From NCBI GenBank assembly GCA_035548315.1, contig DASZTF010000010.1, forward strand, positions 1,721 through 65,720: DNA of 64,000 nucleotides. The letters are read 5' to 3'. The stretch's first letter is position 1. The number at the start of each line of letters is the position of its first letter. A program made the translations under genes and the position numbers. This DNA comes from Minisyncoccota bacterium (GTDB lineage: Bacteria > Patescibacteriota > Minisyncoccia > Phycocordibacterales > Phycocordibacteraceae). Below are positions 18,409 through 28,529 of the stretch, one piece after another. Under the pieces are notes generated by a model. It saw nothing but the letters and a program-made list of their open reading frames with translations. It did not search any database and was not told the DNA's origin.

Positions 18409-19359
18409 ATGCGCGGAGACGCCCTGCTTTTCATCGGCATCCTCGTCTTTCTCTTTATCGTGTGGGTCGCCATGGGCGGCACCGCGCACCCACTTTCCTT
18501 TAGCGGTATCGTCCCGCCATCAGCGACCGGCGTGGGTACCACGAGCAGCTTCAAGCTCGGCGCAAGCTGGGGCGTTTCATCATCGGGTCACAGCAGCAAT
18601 GCGAACGAGCTCGCGAAAGCGCAGCAAGGAGTCGTCGACCTTCAGGAGAACTATGTATCGAGCCAGCGGTTCGGCACGCCGTCGGTGTACAAAGGACTCG
18701 TCGCCATCCGGCACAGTGTGAGCCCATTTCTTTCCGAAGATCCCGACAAGGAATACCTCACCGTCACGGTCTCGAGCCGCGCACCCGAAGCCGGCGTCGA
18801 TATAAGCGGCTGGAGCGTGCTCGGCGAGGCAGAAGGTCGGTCGTTCACTATCCCGAACGGCGTGAACCTCCCCCATCTGGGGAATGTGAATCCCGCTGAG
18901 CCAGTGGTGCTCGCCCCAGGACAATCGGCCGTGATCACTATTGGCGATTCCCCGATCGGTATGTCATTCCGAGAAAATATGTGCAGCGGCTACTTCGACC
19001 AGTTCCAGGAATTCTCGCCACCGCTTCAGCACGCCTGCCCCGCACCCATGACCGACTTCAACCGCTCGTATCTCGGCGACCCCAAGAAATTAGACGCCTG
19101 CCGCGCGTATATCGAGGACGTGCGCGCCTGCACCGTGCCACTCGATGTGCCCGACGGACTCGGGAGTGATTGCAATCAGTTCATAGATCAATACCTGAAC
19201 TACAACGGCTGCGTAGACGCGCACTTGGGCGACCGCGGGTTCTTCGGCACTACCTGGCGCATCTATGTGGGGCGCAATAACGACTTCTTCACTAAAGACC
19301 ACGACACGGTAAAGCTGCTTGATAACGCAGGCAACACCGTCGACCTGCTGTCGTACTGA
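18409..19359 (+). CDS. Secreted/anchored protein, lamin-tail-like domain with Cys-rich insert
   Basis: N-terminal TM; EYL, VDISGW, DTVKLLD..G..VD pattern. Confidence 0.65.
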   Translation: MRGDALLFIGILVFLFIVWVAMGGTAHPLSFSGIVPPSATGVGTTSSFKLGASWGVSSSGHSSNANELAKAQQGVVDLQENYVSSQRFGTPSVYKGLVAIRHSVSPFLSEDPDKEYLTVTVSSRAPEAGVDISGWSVLGEAEGRSFTIPNGVNLPHLGNVNPAEPVVLAPGQSAVITIGDSPIGMSFRENMCSGYFDQFQEFSPPLQHACPAPMTDFNRSYLGDPKKLDACRAYIEDVRACTVPLDVPDGLGSDCNQFIDQYLNYNGCVDAHLGDRGFFGTTWRIYVGRNNDFFTKDHDTVKLLDNAGNTVDLLSY

Positions 19360-19407
19360 CCTGTGCATTAGAAAAAGCATGGAGAAAGTGGTACAAATCA
19401 CACTATT

Positions 19408-19480
19408 GCGCCCGTAGCTCAGTCGGTAGAGCAGCTCCCTTTTAAGGAGACGGTCGGAGGTTCGAGCCCTCCCGGGCGCA
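19408..19480 (+). tRNA. tRNA-Lys(TTT)
   Basis: GCGCCCGTAGCTCAGTCGGTAGAGC..CTTTTAA..GGTTCGAGCC. Confidence 0.95.
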
Positions 19481-19498
19481 CAGCGATATACTTCTCCT

Positions 19499-19972
19499 AT
19501 GGACCACGAGCACTACATGCGCATGGCGGTAGACGCAGCGCGACAAGCAGAAAAGGACGGTGCAGTAGCAATTGCTGCAATACTGGTAAAAGATGGCAAG
19601 GTTATTTCAAGCGGCGAAAGTACCACATGGATACAGAAAGATCCGTCAGGGCACGGCGAAATCAACTGCATACGTGCAGCGTGTAAGGAGCTGGATACAA
19701 CCGACCTGACCGGATGCGTTATGTACGGCACGCTTGAGCCTTGCGGCATGTGTTTGAGCTGCGCCGCGTGGGCGAACCTTGGCGCACTCTACTTTGGCGC
19801 GTACCGAAAAGATGTCGCAGGGAACGAATATGAAATTAAGGGCTGGAACTCCGAAGAAGCTGCAAAGAACATGCGACTCACCAACGGGGGTTCGATTCAA
19901 GTGACTGGCGGGATTCTGCGCGACGAGTGCGCGGCCTTGTTGAAAGAGTATAAAAACTGGACCAAACAATAA
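19499..19972 (+). CDS. Zn-dependent nucleoside/nucleobase deaminase (TadA/GuaD-like)
   Basis: HGE...EPCGMC motifs. Confidence 0.9.
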   Translation: MDHEHYMRMAVDAARQAEKDGAVAIAAILVKDGKVISSGESTTWIQKDPSGHGEINCIRAACKELDTTDLTGCVMYGTLEPCGMCLSCAAWANLGALYFGAYRKDVAGNEYEIKGWNSEEAAKNMRLTNGGSIQVTGGILRDECAALLKEYKNWTKQ

Positions 19973-19975
19973 GCT

Positions 19976-20413
19976 ATGCCTAAAGAAATTTTTGAATTCC
20001 TGAACAGCAAACGCACCGGCGTTATCGCAATCCAGATGCTCGATGGAACACCGCACGCAGCGACAGTGCATTTCGCCAACACTACCCAGCCGGCTTTTAT
20101 CATTCTCACCAGTCCGACATACCGTAAGCTAGAGCCGCTTAATAAGAACGGTCGCGCACCGGCATCGTTGGTGATAGGTACTGAAGAAGAAATCCCGCAG
20201 AAGACACTCCAAATGGACGGTGAAGCAGTGTTGACCGACACTCCCGAAATTCGCGAAGTGTATTTCGCGAAGTTCCCCGATAAGAGTGGCAAGCACCCCG
20301 ATGATGTCTTTTTTACCTTCACCCCAACGTGGTGGCGATTTACTAAGTGGGAATCGAGCGGTAAAACAGTGATTACTTCAAACGGAAACACCGTCGTTAC
20401 CCCAAAGAGTTAA
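19976..20413 (+). CDS. Pyridoxamine 5'-phosphate oxidase-like FMN-binding split-barrel protein
   Basis: DGTPHAATV.F, T....RK, LQMDGEA, F.P.WWRF. Confidence 0.75.
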   Translation: MPKEIFEFLNSKRTGVIAIQMLDGTPHAATVHFANTTQPAFIILTSPTYRKLEPLNKNGRAPASLVIGTEEEIPQKTLQMDGEAVLTDTPEIREVYFAKFPDKSGKHPDDVFFTFTPTWWRFTKWESSGKTVITSNGNTVVTPKS

Positions 20414-21060
20414 AGCGACAGCGCCCACCGCTCAAGCGCGAGACCGAGGTCCAGAGATTCGGAGCGCGCGTCGGAGAGGAGCTCAATAAGATCCACAGAA
20501 AGTTTGCGAGATTCTGCCGGAGCCCATGCGCGGCTTCCTTTCTGCATCATGTCGCGCGCTTTCCAGTGGAGGAGGCCGTGGATCATTTCAGGTGCATCTC
20601 CCATACGGATCGCTTTCGCGATCTCTTCCCAGAGCGCTTCCCCATCCTTCGCAGCGAGCGCACTCACTAATTCAAAGTTAAATCCTCGCGACTCTTTCTT
20701 TTTTATAAGATCAAATTTAAATTCTTTCTCTGCTTTTGCTTCGAGCTTCTTGGTCTCGGCTGCTTTGAGTTTCGGCGCGACGATTGCAATCGGGTTTGGT
20801 GATTCCGCGAGCATCTTGAGTGCATCGAGCACCGCTTCCCCGCTGTCCTTGAGCGAGAATGGATCATCGATGAGCACTAACTGCTTGCAGAAAAAGAGTC
20901 CGCTCGCGCTCGCGGCATCCGCGAGCGCGTCCTCGGTCACGGCTTCGGGCGCAATACGCACGTACGGCGCATCGGGCTGCTTCTTGCGGGCCGCCTCTAC
21001 CCAGGCGAACGCCTTCGCACGTACCTTCCCCACATCCGAACCATGAAAGAGATACATCAT
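20410..21060 (-). CDS. holA: DNA polymerase III delta subunit-like protein
   Basis: MYLFHG.D, SGLF..K.LV, F.L..AL..KD, LERW.L; start moved to 21060. Confidence 0.65.
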   Translation of the reverse strand: MMYLFHGSDVGKVRAKAFAWVEAARKKQPDAPYVRIAPEAVTEDALADAASASGLFFCKQLVLIDDPFSLKDSGEAVLDALKMLAESPNPIAIVAPKLKAAETKKLEAKAEKEFKFDLIKKKESRGFNFELVSALAAKDGEALWEEIAKAIRMGDAPEMIHGLLHWKARDMMQKGSRAWAPAESRKLSVDLIELLSDARSESLDLGLALERWALSL

Positions 21061-21110
21061 GCTCCTAGCATAGCAAAAGGCGCCCAGTGAAGAGGGCGCC
21101 ATTCGCGAGC

Positions 21111-21269
21111 TCAAAAGACGAGGTAGGCCACTGCTCCCCAGATCACTCCACACGTCGCAACGACGAAGGAGAATGTCAGGAGCGAGTGCCATTTCGCGGC
21201 TTCGTCCCTTTTCAGCCGCGCGGAAAGTTCGTCCGTTTTCAGTTGCGGGAAAAGTATGATTTGGGCCAT
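21111..21269 (-). CDS. Small membrane protein (52 aa)
   Basis: SD GGAGG before ATG 21269; C-terminal TM. Confidence 0.5.
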   Translation of the reverse strand: MAQIILFPQLKTDELSARLKRDEAAKWHSLLTFSFVVATCGVIWGAVAYLVF

Positions 21270-21313
21270 TGCCGCCTCCATGTGTCTACGAGCATTATAT
21301 AGCATTTGTTGCG

Positions 21314-23716
21314 TTAGTCTAGAGGCACCATCTCCCCCCAGCTCAACCCCGACTTGGCAGTAGCCAGAATTGGCACGCCTTTGGTTTGCTCAGGCATGAG
21401 CACTGTCTCCATGATTTCTTTGATCTTCTTCCATACGCTTAGATGCCCATCGGTCACTTCATACACGAGTTCGTCATGGACTTGGAGCAGCAGGTGCACG
21501 TCGTCCTGCGCACCTTCTTTCTTAAGGTATTCGTCGATGCGGACCATCGCGAGCTTGATGATGTCCGATTGCGTGCCCTGCATCGGCGCATTGATCGCCA
21601 TGCGCTCGCCCTGCGCGCGTACGTATGGCAGTGGCGATTTCATTTCTGGGAACTGGCGCCGGCGGCCAAACAGCGTCTCGGTGTACCCATGCTTGCGCGC
21701 GAACCCTTTGGTGCTCTCCAAGTATTCCGAGAGCGTCTTGAAGGTCGCAAAGTAGTCATCCAGGTACTGGTGCGCCTCTGCGATCGACGAGCCGAGTTGC
21801 TGTTTGAGCGCATTCGCACCCATACCGTAGAGGATGCCGAAGTTGATGATCTTCGCGCGGCGACGCATTTCGTGATCCACCTTTTCTGGGTCCACGCCGA
21901 GCACCATCGCTGCCACTTCTCGGTGAATGTCGCGCCCGCTCTTGAATATCGCGATCAGTTTCTCATCGCCCGAGAGAATCGCTGCGAGCCGCAGCTCGAT
22001 CTGCGAGTAATCGAGCCCCACAAGCGTCGAACCCTTGGGCGCGATGAATGCATCTCGAATAGCCCGCCCCCGCTCAGTGCGGATCGGGATATTCTGGATG
22101 CTCGGATTGGTCGTGGCCATGCGGCCCGTGACTGCGCCCGTCTGTATGAATTCGGGATGGATACGGTCGTGCGCATCGGCGAGCGCGGGCATCACGTCGA
22201 TATAGGTGGAAAGGAGCTTCCCGATCTCGCGGTACTCCATGATGTCGTCTACGATCGGATGGAGTTCGCGCAGCTTCTCGAGTTCCGACTCGCGCGTAGA
22301 GCGCTGCCCGCCCGCAGTCTTCTTCTGCCCTTTCACGACGAGCCCGAGTTTGTCGAACAGCACCTCACCGAGCTGCTTCGGTGAATTGATATTGAACTCG
22401 CCGCCCGCATGCTCATAAATGCGCGCCTGTACTGTCTCGAGTTCCGCGCGGTATTTCTTCCCCAGCTTCTCGAGCGCCTTCTTATCGATGAGGACACCAT
22501 ACTCCGTCGTCGACTGCAGCACCGGAATGAGTGGTCGTTCTATTTCTTCATACACCTCTTTCAATCTGCCCGTTGCGGCAATCTGCTTCTCGAGTTCTGC
22601 GTATGCAGCATCAAAGGTAGCGGCTTTGGTGAATGCCAGCACGTCTTCCTGCGACGGATTCGTGAAGTCGGACGCGAGCAGCCACAACATGACCTTGGCT
22701 TCGGCAAGCCGCGTCGGATCGACGTCGTCTTGCGCAGCAAGCGGTGCATCGTCACCACGTTCATCTTCTTCCTCCGGCGCTGCATTGCCACCGATCACGG
22801 CGCGCGCCCGCGCGCGGAGCGAGCGGAACCCGAGTTCATCAAACAGCGCGAGGATTTTATCGAGCCGATCGGTGACTTCCCAATCTTCCTTCGGCAGCTT
22901 GAATGCAATCGGCGCGTCGATGCGAATGGTCGCGAGCATTTTGGAGAAGAGCGCGTCTTCTTCGTGCTCCTTGAGGAGATTCACGATGCGCGGCTTGATG
23001 CCCTTGTCCGTGAGTTTCTTCTCGTCCTTCTTAACCGCTTTGTAAATAGCTTCGATACTGCCGAACTTCTGGATGAGCTCTGTGGCGGTCTTCTCACCGA
23101 TCCCCGGCACGCCCTTGATGTTGTCTGAAGGGTCACCGCGCAGACCCTTATAATCCGGCACGAGCTCCGGCGGGAATCCATAGCGTGCCTCCACGGCTTT
23201 CTCGTCGTACATGATGGTGTCATTGAGCCCTTTCTTGAGCGTGTACACCTTCACCCTACCCTTCTCCACGAGCTGGAGCGCGTCCATGTCACCGGAGGCG
23301 ATCACCACCTCAATGTTCGGCTGATCAGCGAGCTTCGCGACGATGGTGCCGATCACGTCGTCTGCTTCAAATCCTTCTTTCTCGTATACCGGGATGCAAA
23401 ATGCCTCGAGTACCCTGCGCGCTGTCGTGAGCTGCGCCACCAGCGCGTCTTCAAGCTGCGCGCGTGTGCCTTTGTAGTGTTCGTATGCTTCGTGACGCAC
23501 GGTGGGCTTCGGTAAGTCGTATGCTGCCACCACGTAGTCGGGCCGCAGGTCCTGCATGATCCGCAGGAGCATGGAAGCGAGTCCGAACAGCGCACCGGTC
23601 GGCTGGCCATCGGGCCCGGTGAATTCTGGAAGCGCATGGTACGCACGGTGGATGATCGCGTGAGAGTCGAGCACGATGAGCCGTTTCTTCCGGGTGATTT
23701 CTTTGGTCTTAGGCAT
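21314..23716 (-). CDS. polA: DNA polymerase I (5'-3' exonuclease + polymerase)
   Basis: EADDVIGT, GDPSDN.KGV.GIGEKTA, DYSQIELR, K..NFG..YG, LQVHDEL. Confidence 0.97.
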   Translation of the reverse strand: MPKTKEITRKKRLIVLDSHAIIHRAYHALPEFTGPDGQPTGALFGLASMLLRIMQDLRPDYVVAAYDLPKPTVRHEAYEHYKGTRAQLEDALVAQLTTARRVLEAFCIPVYEKEGFEADDVIGTIVAKLADQPNIEVVIASGDMDALQLVEKGRVKVYTLKKGLNDTIMYDEKAVEARYGFPPELVPDYKGLRGDPSDNIKGVPGIGEKTATELIQKFGSIEAIYKAVKKDEKKLTDKGIKPRIVNLLKEHEEDALFSKMLATIRIDAPIAFKLPKEDWEVTDRLDKILALFDELGFRSLRARARAVIGGNAAPEEEDERGDDAPLAAQDDVDPTRLAEAKVMLWLLASDFTNPSQEDVLAFTKAATFDAAYAELEKQIAATGRLKEVYEEIERPLIPVLQSTTEYGVLIDKKALEKLGKKYRAELETVQARIYEHAGGEFNINSPKQLGEVLFDKLGLVVKGQKKTAGGQRSTRESELEKLRELHPIVDDIMEYREIGKLLSTYIDVMPALADAHDRIHPEFIQTGAVTGRMATTNPSIQNIPIRTERGRAIRDAFIAPKGSTLVGLDYSQIELRLAAILSGDEKLIAIFKSGRDIHREVAAMVLGVDPEKVDHEMRRRAKIINFGILYGMGANALKQQLGSSIAEAHQYLDDYFATFKTLSEYLESTKGFARKHGYTETLFGRRRQFPEMKSPLPYVRAQGERMAINAPMQGTQSDIIKLAMVRIDEYLKKEGAQDDVHLLLQVHDELVYEVTDGHLSVWKKIKEIMETVLMPEQTKGVPILATAKSGLSWGEMVPLD

Positions 23717-24143
23717 AGGTGAGGTGGCGCGAACCATCGGCGTCTGGGACGAGTGCGATGCGCACATCAGCGGGCGGGAGTATCTCCTGCACCATCTCGG
23801 GCCATTCGAGCATGATCAAATTGTCCGCTTGTTTCAGCGTCTCGTCAAAATGCAGTGGGTTCAACTCTTGCCCGCTCTTCAAGCGATACGCATCTATATG
23901 AACGAGTGTTTTAAATGCTTGATCGTGGAGCGGATAATTCTTTTGTATGACAAAGGTGGGGCTCGTGAGTTCATCAGTGACTCCGAGCGCTCTCGCCACG
24001 GCTTTTGTAAATGCCGTCTTCCCTGCGCCGAGCTCTCCTGAGAGCGTGACGAGTGTGGCGCGGCCGTCAGCCGGGCGCAGTCCAGAGGCAAAGCGCGTCG
24101 CTTCAGCCGCAAGCGCTGCCACATCGGGGAGGACTTTCTCCAT
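23709..24143 (-). CDS. tsaE: t6A biosynthesis ATPase TsaE
   Basis: GELGAGKT, SPTF, HIDAYRL, EW. Confidence 0.95.
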   Translation of the reverse strand: MEKVLPDVAALAAEATRFASGLRPADGRATLVTLSGELGAGKTAFTKAVARALGVTDELTSPTFVIQKNYPLHDQAFKTLVHIDAYRLKSGQELNPLHFDETLKQADNLIMLEWPEMVQEILPPADVRIALVPDADGSRHLTYA

Positions 24144-24215
24144 CACCCCATTGTACTGGGTATAGAAAAACGCGCCTCACCTTTCGGCAAAGCGCGCTTA
24201 ACTCGTTTGGTACCG

Positions 24216-24782
24216 TCAGTGGTGACGGTACCGCGATCCGGGAGGTCCCCAGCCAGGTCCCACCGTCAGTCCCCGAGGAGGGGGCGAGCGGTAGTTGTGG
24301 AATTCGCGCTGACGCTCGTGGCGCCAGTACGGATCCACCGGCATGGTCGAGTCGTCGATGAGGACGACTCGGGTGTCGAGGACCGGGCGGCGACGCCAGG
24401 CGTACCCGACGATTACTCTGCCCGCTTCGCGATAGGTGCACTGCTCCCGGACGCCGGGGTAGGTGGTGCAGTGGGCCTTGTAGTTGACCTCCCACACTCT
24501 GCCCTCATCGTCCGGAGGCAGCACGCGATGCGCGGTGCCAGTCCTCACCAGGATCACCGCAGGCGCAGGCGCAGACACTTGAGGTGCCGGGGCCGACGCT
24601 ACCACGGGCGGAGCGCTGGTGCGCGACGCCGGAGTAGCTGCGGGAGGTGCGGCGGGCGCGGGGGCCTGCGACACGGGACGATCCTGGCCGACGAAGTCGC
24701 CGAGCATCAGGGGTGGCTTGGCATACGCCGCGCCAAACGAGATAGAAAGGACGATGACTGCGAGGCTACACACTGATTTCAT
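24216..24782 (-). CDS. Hypothetical secreted Pro/Ala-rich protein
   Basis: Signal peptide (AYA), SD GGAGG, TTGACA-type promoter upstream. Confidence 0.65.
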   Translation of the reverse strand: MKSVCSLAVIVLSISFGAAYAKPPLMLGDFVGQDRPVSQAPAPAAPPAATPASRTSAPPVVASAPAPQVSAPAPAVILVRTGTAHRVLPPDDEGRVWEVNYKAHCTTYPGVREQCTYREAGRVIVGYAWRRRPVLDTRVVLIDDSTMPVDPYWRHERQREFHNYRSPPPRGLTVGPGWGPPGSRYRHH

Positions 24783-24882
24783 GGCTTTCTCCTCCTAATA
24801 GCCTTACTGTAAATATACACCTATTTAATATAAATGTCAAGTATTCCAAAATGGCGCCGCTGCGCGGTGGTATCATTTCGGT

Positions 24883-26553
24883 ATGTCGGTTCCTTTTGAT
24901 ACGAAAGCAGAGGATGAGAAACTGCACGCGCTGCATGAGGCGGAGGAAGAAGACGTCGCGCAGCTCCTCGCACAGAAGTATGGCCTCGAATATGCGAACC
25001 TCGTGGCCTCCCCTATCGACATGGACGCCCTGCGTCTCATCCCCGAGGAAAAAGCGCGCGCCGCACTCGCCGTCGCATTCCGCAAAGACGGCCCGCAGCT
25101 CGCGCTCGCGCTCGCGCAGCCCAATAACGAGCTGGTAAACGGACTCGTGGAAGAGCTCGGGAGTCGCGGACTCAAGGTGACGCAGTATTTGGTGACCAAG
25201 CGCAGCTTCGAGCACGCGCTCGAGCGGTACAAAGAGCTCTCCTATGCATCCGCGAGCCAGAAGGGTGTCTTCTCGATTTCAGAAGCAGAGCTCCAGAAGC
25301 TGGCGAGCTCGGTGACCGGGATCCCGGCACTCCAGCAGTATCTCTCAGCGACCCTCACCGATAAGCACACCGCGGAAGTCTCACGGCTTTTCGAAGGCAT
25401 TATGGGCACCGCCTTTGCCATGAAGGCGTCCGACATCCACATCGAGCCTGAAGAGACCGAAGTGCGCCTGCGCTTCCGCCTCGATGGCGTACTCACGGAT
25501 GTATTCACCTTCGATGCGCACACATACCGATTCCTCGCGTCCCGCATCAAACTGCTCTCCGGGCTTAAATTGAACGTGCACGATCGCGCGCAGGACGGAC
25601 GCTTCTCCGTGCTCGTGGGCGGTACCGAGATTGAAATCCGCACCTCGCTCATCCCGGGTAACTACGGTGAGTCATTCGTGATGCGCCTTCTTGACCCACG
25701 CTCGATCCGTATTCCGTTTGAATCGCTCGGCATCCACCCTAAATTGCTCGCACGCCTCGAGAAAGAAATCACGCGGCCTAACGGCATGCTGCTTACCACG
25801 GGCCCCACCGGTTCTGGTAAGACCACGACGCTCTACGCGTTCCTCCAGAAAATCCAGACGCCGGATATCAAAATAATTACGATCGAAGACCCGGTGGAAT
25901 ATCACCTCCAGGGCATCGTGCAGACGCAGACTAATGGCAAGGACTACACGTTCGCCTCGGGGCTCCGCTCGATCGTGCGCCAAGACCCGGACGTGATCAT
26001 GGTGGGAGAAATCCGCGATGGCGAAACGGCGGGTATCGCGATCCAAGCGGCGCTCACGGGCCACTTCGTGTTTTCCACCATCCACACGAACGACGCTGCG
26101 GGTACCTTCCCCCGCCTCGTGGACCTCGACGCGGACCCGAAGGAATTCGCATCGGCGATCACGGTGGCCATGGCACAGCGCCTCGTGCGCAAGCTCGACC
26201 CTGATGCACGTAAAGAAGTGCCGCTGGAGGGCGAGAATAAAAAGTTGGTAGAGAAAATTCTCGCATCAGTCGTAGATAAAACACTCCTTCCGGCAAAAAC
26301 CGATACGCTGTGGGTACCGGACCCCAAAGACGGCAGCAATGGATACAAAGGTCGCGTCGGTCTCTACGAAGCGATATTTATGGATGACCAGCTCGGCACG
26401 TTCCTGCGCGACAATCCGTCTGCGGCAGACATCCGCAAAGAAGTCGCGCGCCAGGGCTACCTCACGATGGCGCAGGACGGTGTGATCAAAGCGCTCCAAG
26501 GTCTCACCTCGCTTGAAGAAGTGCTCGATATCGTCGATATCCAGCGCGATTGA
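24883..26553 (+). CDS. pilB: GspE/PilB-family pilus assembly ATPase
   Basis: ASDIHIEP, QDGRF, GPTGSGKTTTLY, TIEDPVEY, RQDPDVIMVGEIRD, TGH.V.ST.H. Confidence 0.93.
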   Translation: MSVPFDTKAEDEKLHALHEAEEEDVAQLLAQKYGLEYANLVASPIDMDALRLIPEEKARAALAVAFRKDGPQLALALAQPNNELVNGLVEELGSRGLKVTQYLVTKRSFEHALERYKELSYASASQKGVFSISEAELQKLASSVTGIPALQQYLSATLTDKHTAEVSRLFEGIMGTAFAMKASDIHIEPEETEVRLRFRLDGVLTDVFTFDAHTYRFLASRIKLLSGLKLNVHDRAQDGRFSVLVGGTEIEIRTSLIPGNYGESFVMRLLDPRSIRIPFESLGIHPKLLARLEKEITRPNGMLLTTGPTGSGKTTTLYAFLQKIQTPDIKIITIEDPVEYHLQGIVQTQTNGKDYTFASGLRSIVRQDPDVIMVGEIRDGETAGIAIQAALTGHFVFSTIHTNDAAGTFPRLVDLDADPKEFASAITVAMAQRLVRKLDPDARKEVPLEGENKKLVEKILASVVDKTLLPAKTDTLWVPDPKDGSNGYKGRVGLYEAIFMDDQLGTFLRDNPSAADIRKEVARQGYLTMAQDGVIKALQGLTSLEEVLDIVDIQRD

Positions 26554-26555
26554 GT

Positions 26556-26789
26556 ATGAAAAAGGAATGGCTACGAAGTACCATAAACGTTCTCTTGGCT
26601 ATCGGGGGAATAGTTCTTGTTGGAATATTTCTCAATAGCTGGGATGAAAGTAAGGGAGCGGAGCAAGCAAAGAACATTCAGCAATTTTGCTCTTCTTTTT
26701 TGGATAAGGACTCCTCACTTTATGATCGATGCATAGATAATGCTCAATCTTACTTCTACCCAAGCGGCTCGCCTTCTCAAGACTACTAA
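26556..26789 (+). CDS. Small AT-rich single-TM hypothetical protein
   Basis: TM followed by two Cys; visibly lower GC than flanks. Confidence 0.55.
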   Translation: MKKEWLRSTINVLLAIGGIVLVGIFLNSWDESKGAEQAKNIQQFCSSFLDKDSSLYDRCIDNAQSYFYPSGSPSQDY

Positions 26790-26796
26790 AATAGAA

Positions 26797-26957
26797 AAAT
26801 CCTGCGCGCTATCTTCGAGGCGATCGCATCAACATGTGATGCGTGGACAAATTGCCTGAGGATACCCCCAGCGCTCCGCACGAATGCGGTACCAGAGGGT
26901 CCTTGGGAAGAAGCCCGAAGCCGTCAAGCCTTGCCTCGAAGAGAGTGAGCAGGATTT
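26797..26957 (+). ncRNA. Candidate 6S-like structured RNA
   Basis: Long terminal stem, central bubble and apical stem; G-U pairs favour the + strand; TAAAAT at 26787-26792. Confidence 0.55.
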
Positions 26958-27073
26958 CCTGAAGAATCCTATTTCACTTGGGTATTTTTAATCCGGGCAC
27001 CGCTTGCGCGATGTCCGGAAGGTTCTTTCGAGCCGCTTGCTCGTGTGATAGAATACTAGCATACCCTGTTTTT

Positions 27074-28078
27074 ATGTCAACCCCTCCCCAGGAAAATGCT
27101 AAGGTAGCCGACCAGCAATTGGACGCTGCACTGCGCCCCTCGTCCTGGGATGAATACGCCGGCCAGGCACATGTGAAAGCAAATGTGCGCATCGTCATCG
27201 ACGCCGCGCGACGCCGTAGCGGCATGCCCGAGCACTTTCTTTTCTACGGACCGCCAGGCGTTGGGAAAACGACCCTCGCGCACCTCATCGCGGTGTCGCT
27301 CGAAGCGCCGGTAAAGACGACTTCCGGTGTCGCGATCGAGCGCGCGGGCGATCTGGCCGCGATCCTCACCAACCTCGAGCCAAACACGGTGCTGTTTATC
27401 GATGAAATCCATCAGCTCTCACGCAAAATTGAGGAGCTCCTCTACCCCGCGCTTGAGTCCGGCCATCTCGACATCATCCTTGGTAAAGGGCCGTCCGCGC
27501 GCACGGTGGAACTCGCGCTCCCGCCGTTCACCCTCGTGGGTGCGACGACGAAAGTCGCCTCACTCTCTTCCCCACTGCGTTCGCGCTTCGGCGGTGGCGT
27601 ATACCAGCTCGATTTCTACTCAGACGAGGACATGCAGATGATTATCAAGCGCTCTGCAAAGAAACTCGGTCTCAAAGTGCCCGACGAAGTCATTGAAATG
27701 ATTGCGGCGCGCAGTCGCGCGACCCCGCGCATCGCGAATGCACTTCTCAAGCGCGTGCGCGACTTCTCAGAAGTGCAGGAACGTCCGATCACGCCAGAAC
27801 TCTGCGACGAAGCATGCAAACTGTTCGGCATCGATGAGCTCGGCCTTACCAAGGACGACCGCCGCTATCTTGAGACACTCGAGAAAGGATTCCGCGGTGG
27901 CCCGGCCGGCATCCGCGCCTTGGCAAGTTCCATGCATGAAGACGAGGAAACACTCGAGATGGTGTATGAGCCGTATCTCCTGCGCCTCGGGTTCATCGAG
28001 CGCTCGCTGCGCGGTCGTATGCTCACCCAAAAAGGCCACGCGTATCTAAAAGGTGAAGGTACTGAGACACTCCTATGA
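27074..28078 (+). CDS. ruvB: Holliday junction branch migration ATPase RuvB
   Basis: LRP, GPPGVGKTTLA, FIDEIH, FTLVGATT, PLRSRFG, TPRIAN, EPYL. Confidence 0.97.
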   Translation: MSTPPQENAKVADQQLDAALRPSSWDEYAGQAHVKANVRIVIDAARRRSGMPEHFLFYGPPGVGKTTLAHLIAVSLEAPVKTTSGVAIERAGDLAAILTNLEPNTVLFIDEIHQLSRKIEELLYPALESGHLDIILGKGPSARTVELALPPFTLVGATTKVASLSSPLRSRFGGGVYQLDFYSDEDMQMIIKRSAKKLGLKVPDEVIEMIAARSRATPRIANALLKRVRDFSEVQERPITPELCDEACKLFGIDELGLTKDDRRYLETLEKGFRGGPAGIRALASSMHEDEETLEMVYEPYLLRLGFIERSLRGRMLTQKGHAYLKGEGTETLL

Positions 28079-28527
28079 ATCAGAGAGAGGTTGAGCAGCT
28101 AGTCGATTATATCGCTGAGCATGGCGCTAAGGCCCTTACTGAGAAAACCAACTCTCCCGCCGCCCTCGACTACGTAGCAGTTTTTAGCAAGAACTCAGCG
28201 GAGTTCGAGGAACTACTTGCATGTGCAAAGACGCTCGGAGAGGAGGTCGACAGCCTGACACAGAAAACTGGCCACACATTTAAGCTGCGTGCGCCGATGC
28301 ATACGTTAGTCGGCGACCTCTCCTTGCTTAAGGTAAGGAGGCCAGACATCACGAGGCCGCAGCGAGGAGCTCCCGATTTTGTCGTACCCGATTATGAAGG
28401 ATTCAAGAAAACGTATCTACCGACCAGCGGCGATTTCACCCTCATGTTTCATCCGCACGCAGAGATGGTCGAATTGAAAGGTGACGATGTTCTTGTGTAT
28501 ATTAAGGAACGACATTTAACTCTTTAG
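28075..28527 (+). CDS. Hypothetical protein (possible VOC/YecM-like fold)
   Basis: 150-aa ORF coupled to ruvB; fold call is tentative. Confidence 0.6.
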   Translation: MNQREVEQLVDYIAEHGAKALTEKTNSPAALDYVAVFSKNSAEFEELLACAKTLGEEVDSLTQKTGHTFKLRAPMHTLVGDLSLLKVRRPDITRPQRGAPDFVVPDYEGFKKTYLPTSGDFTLMFHPHAEMVELKGDDVLVYIKERHLTL

Positions 28528-28529
28528 AT

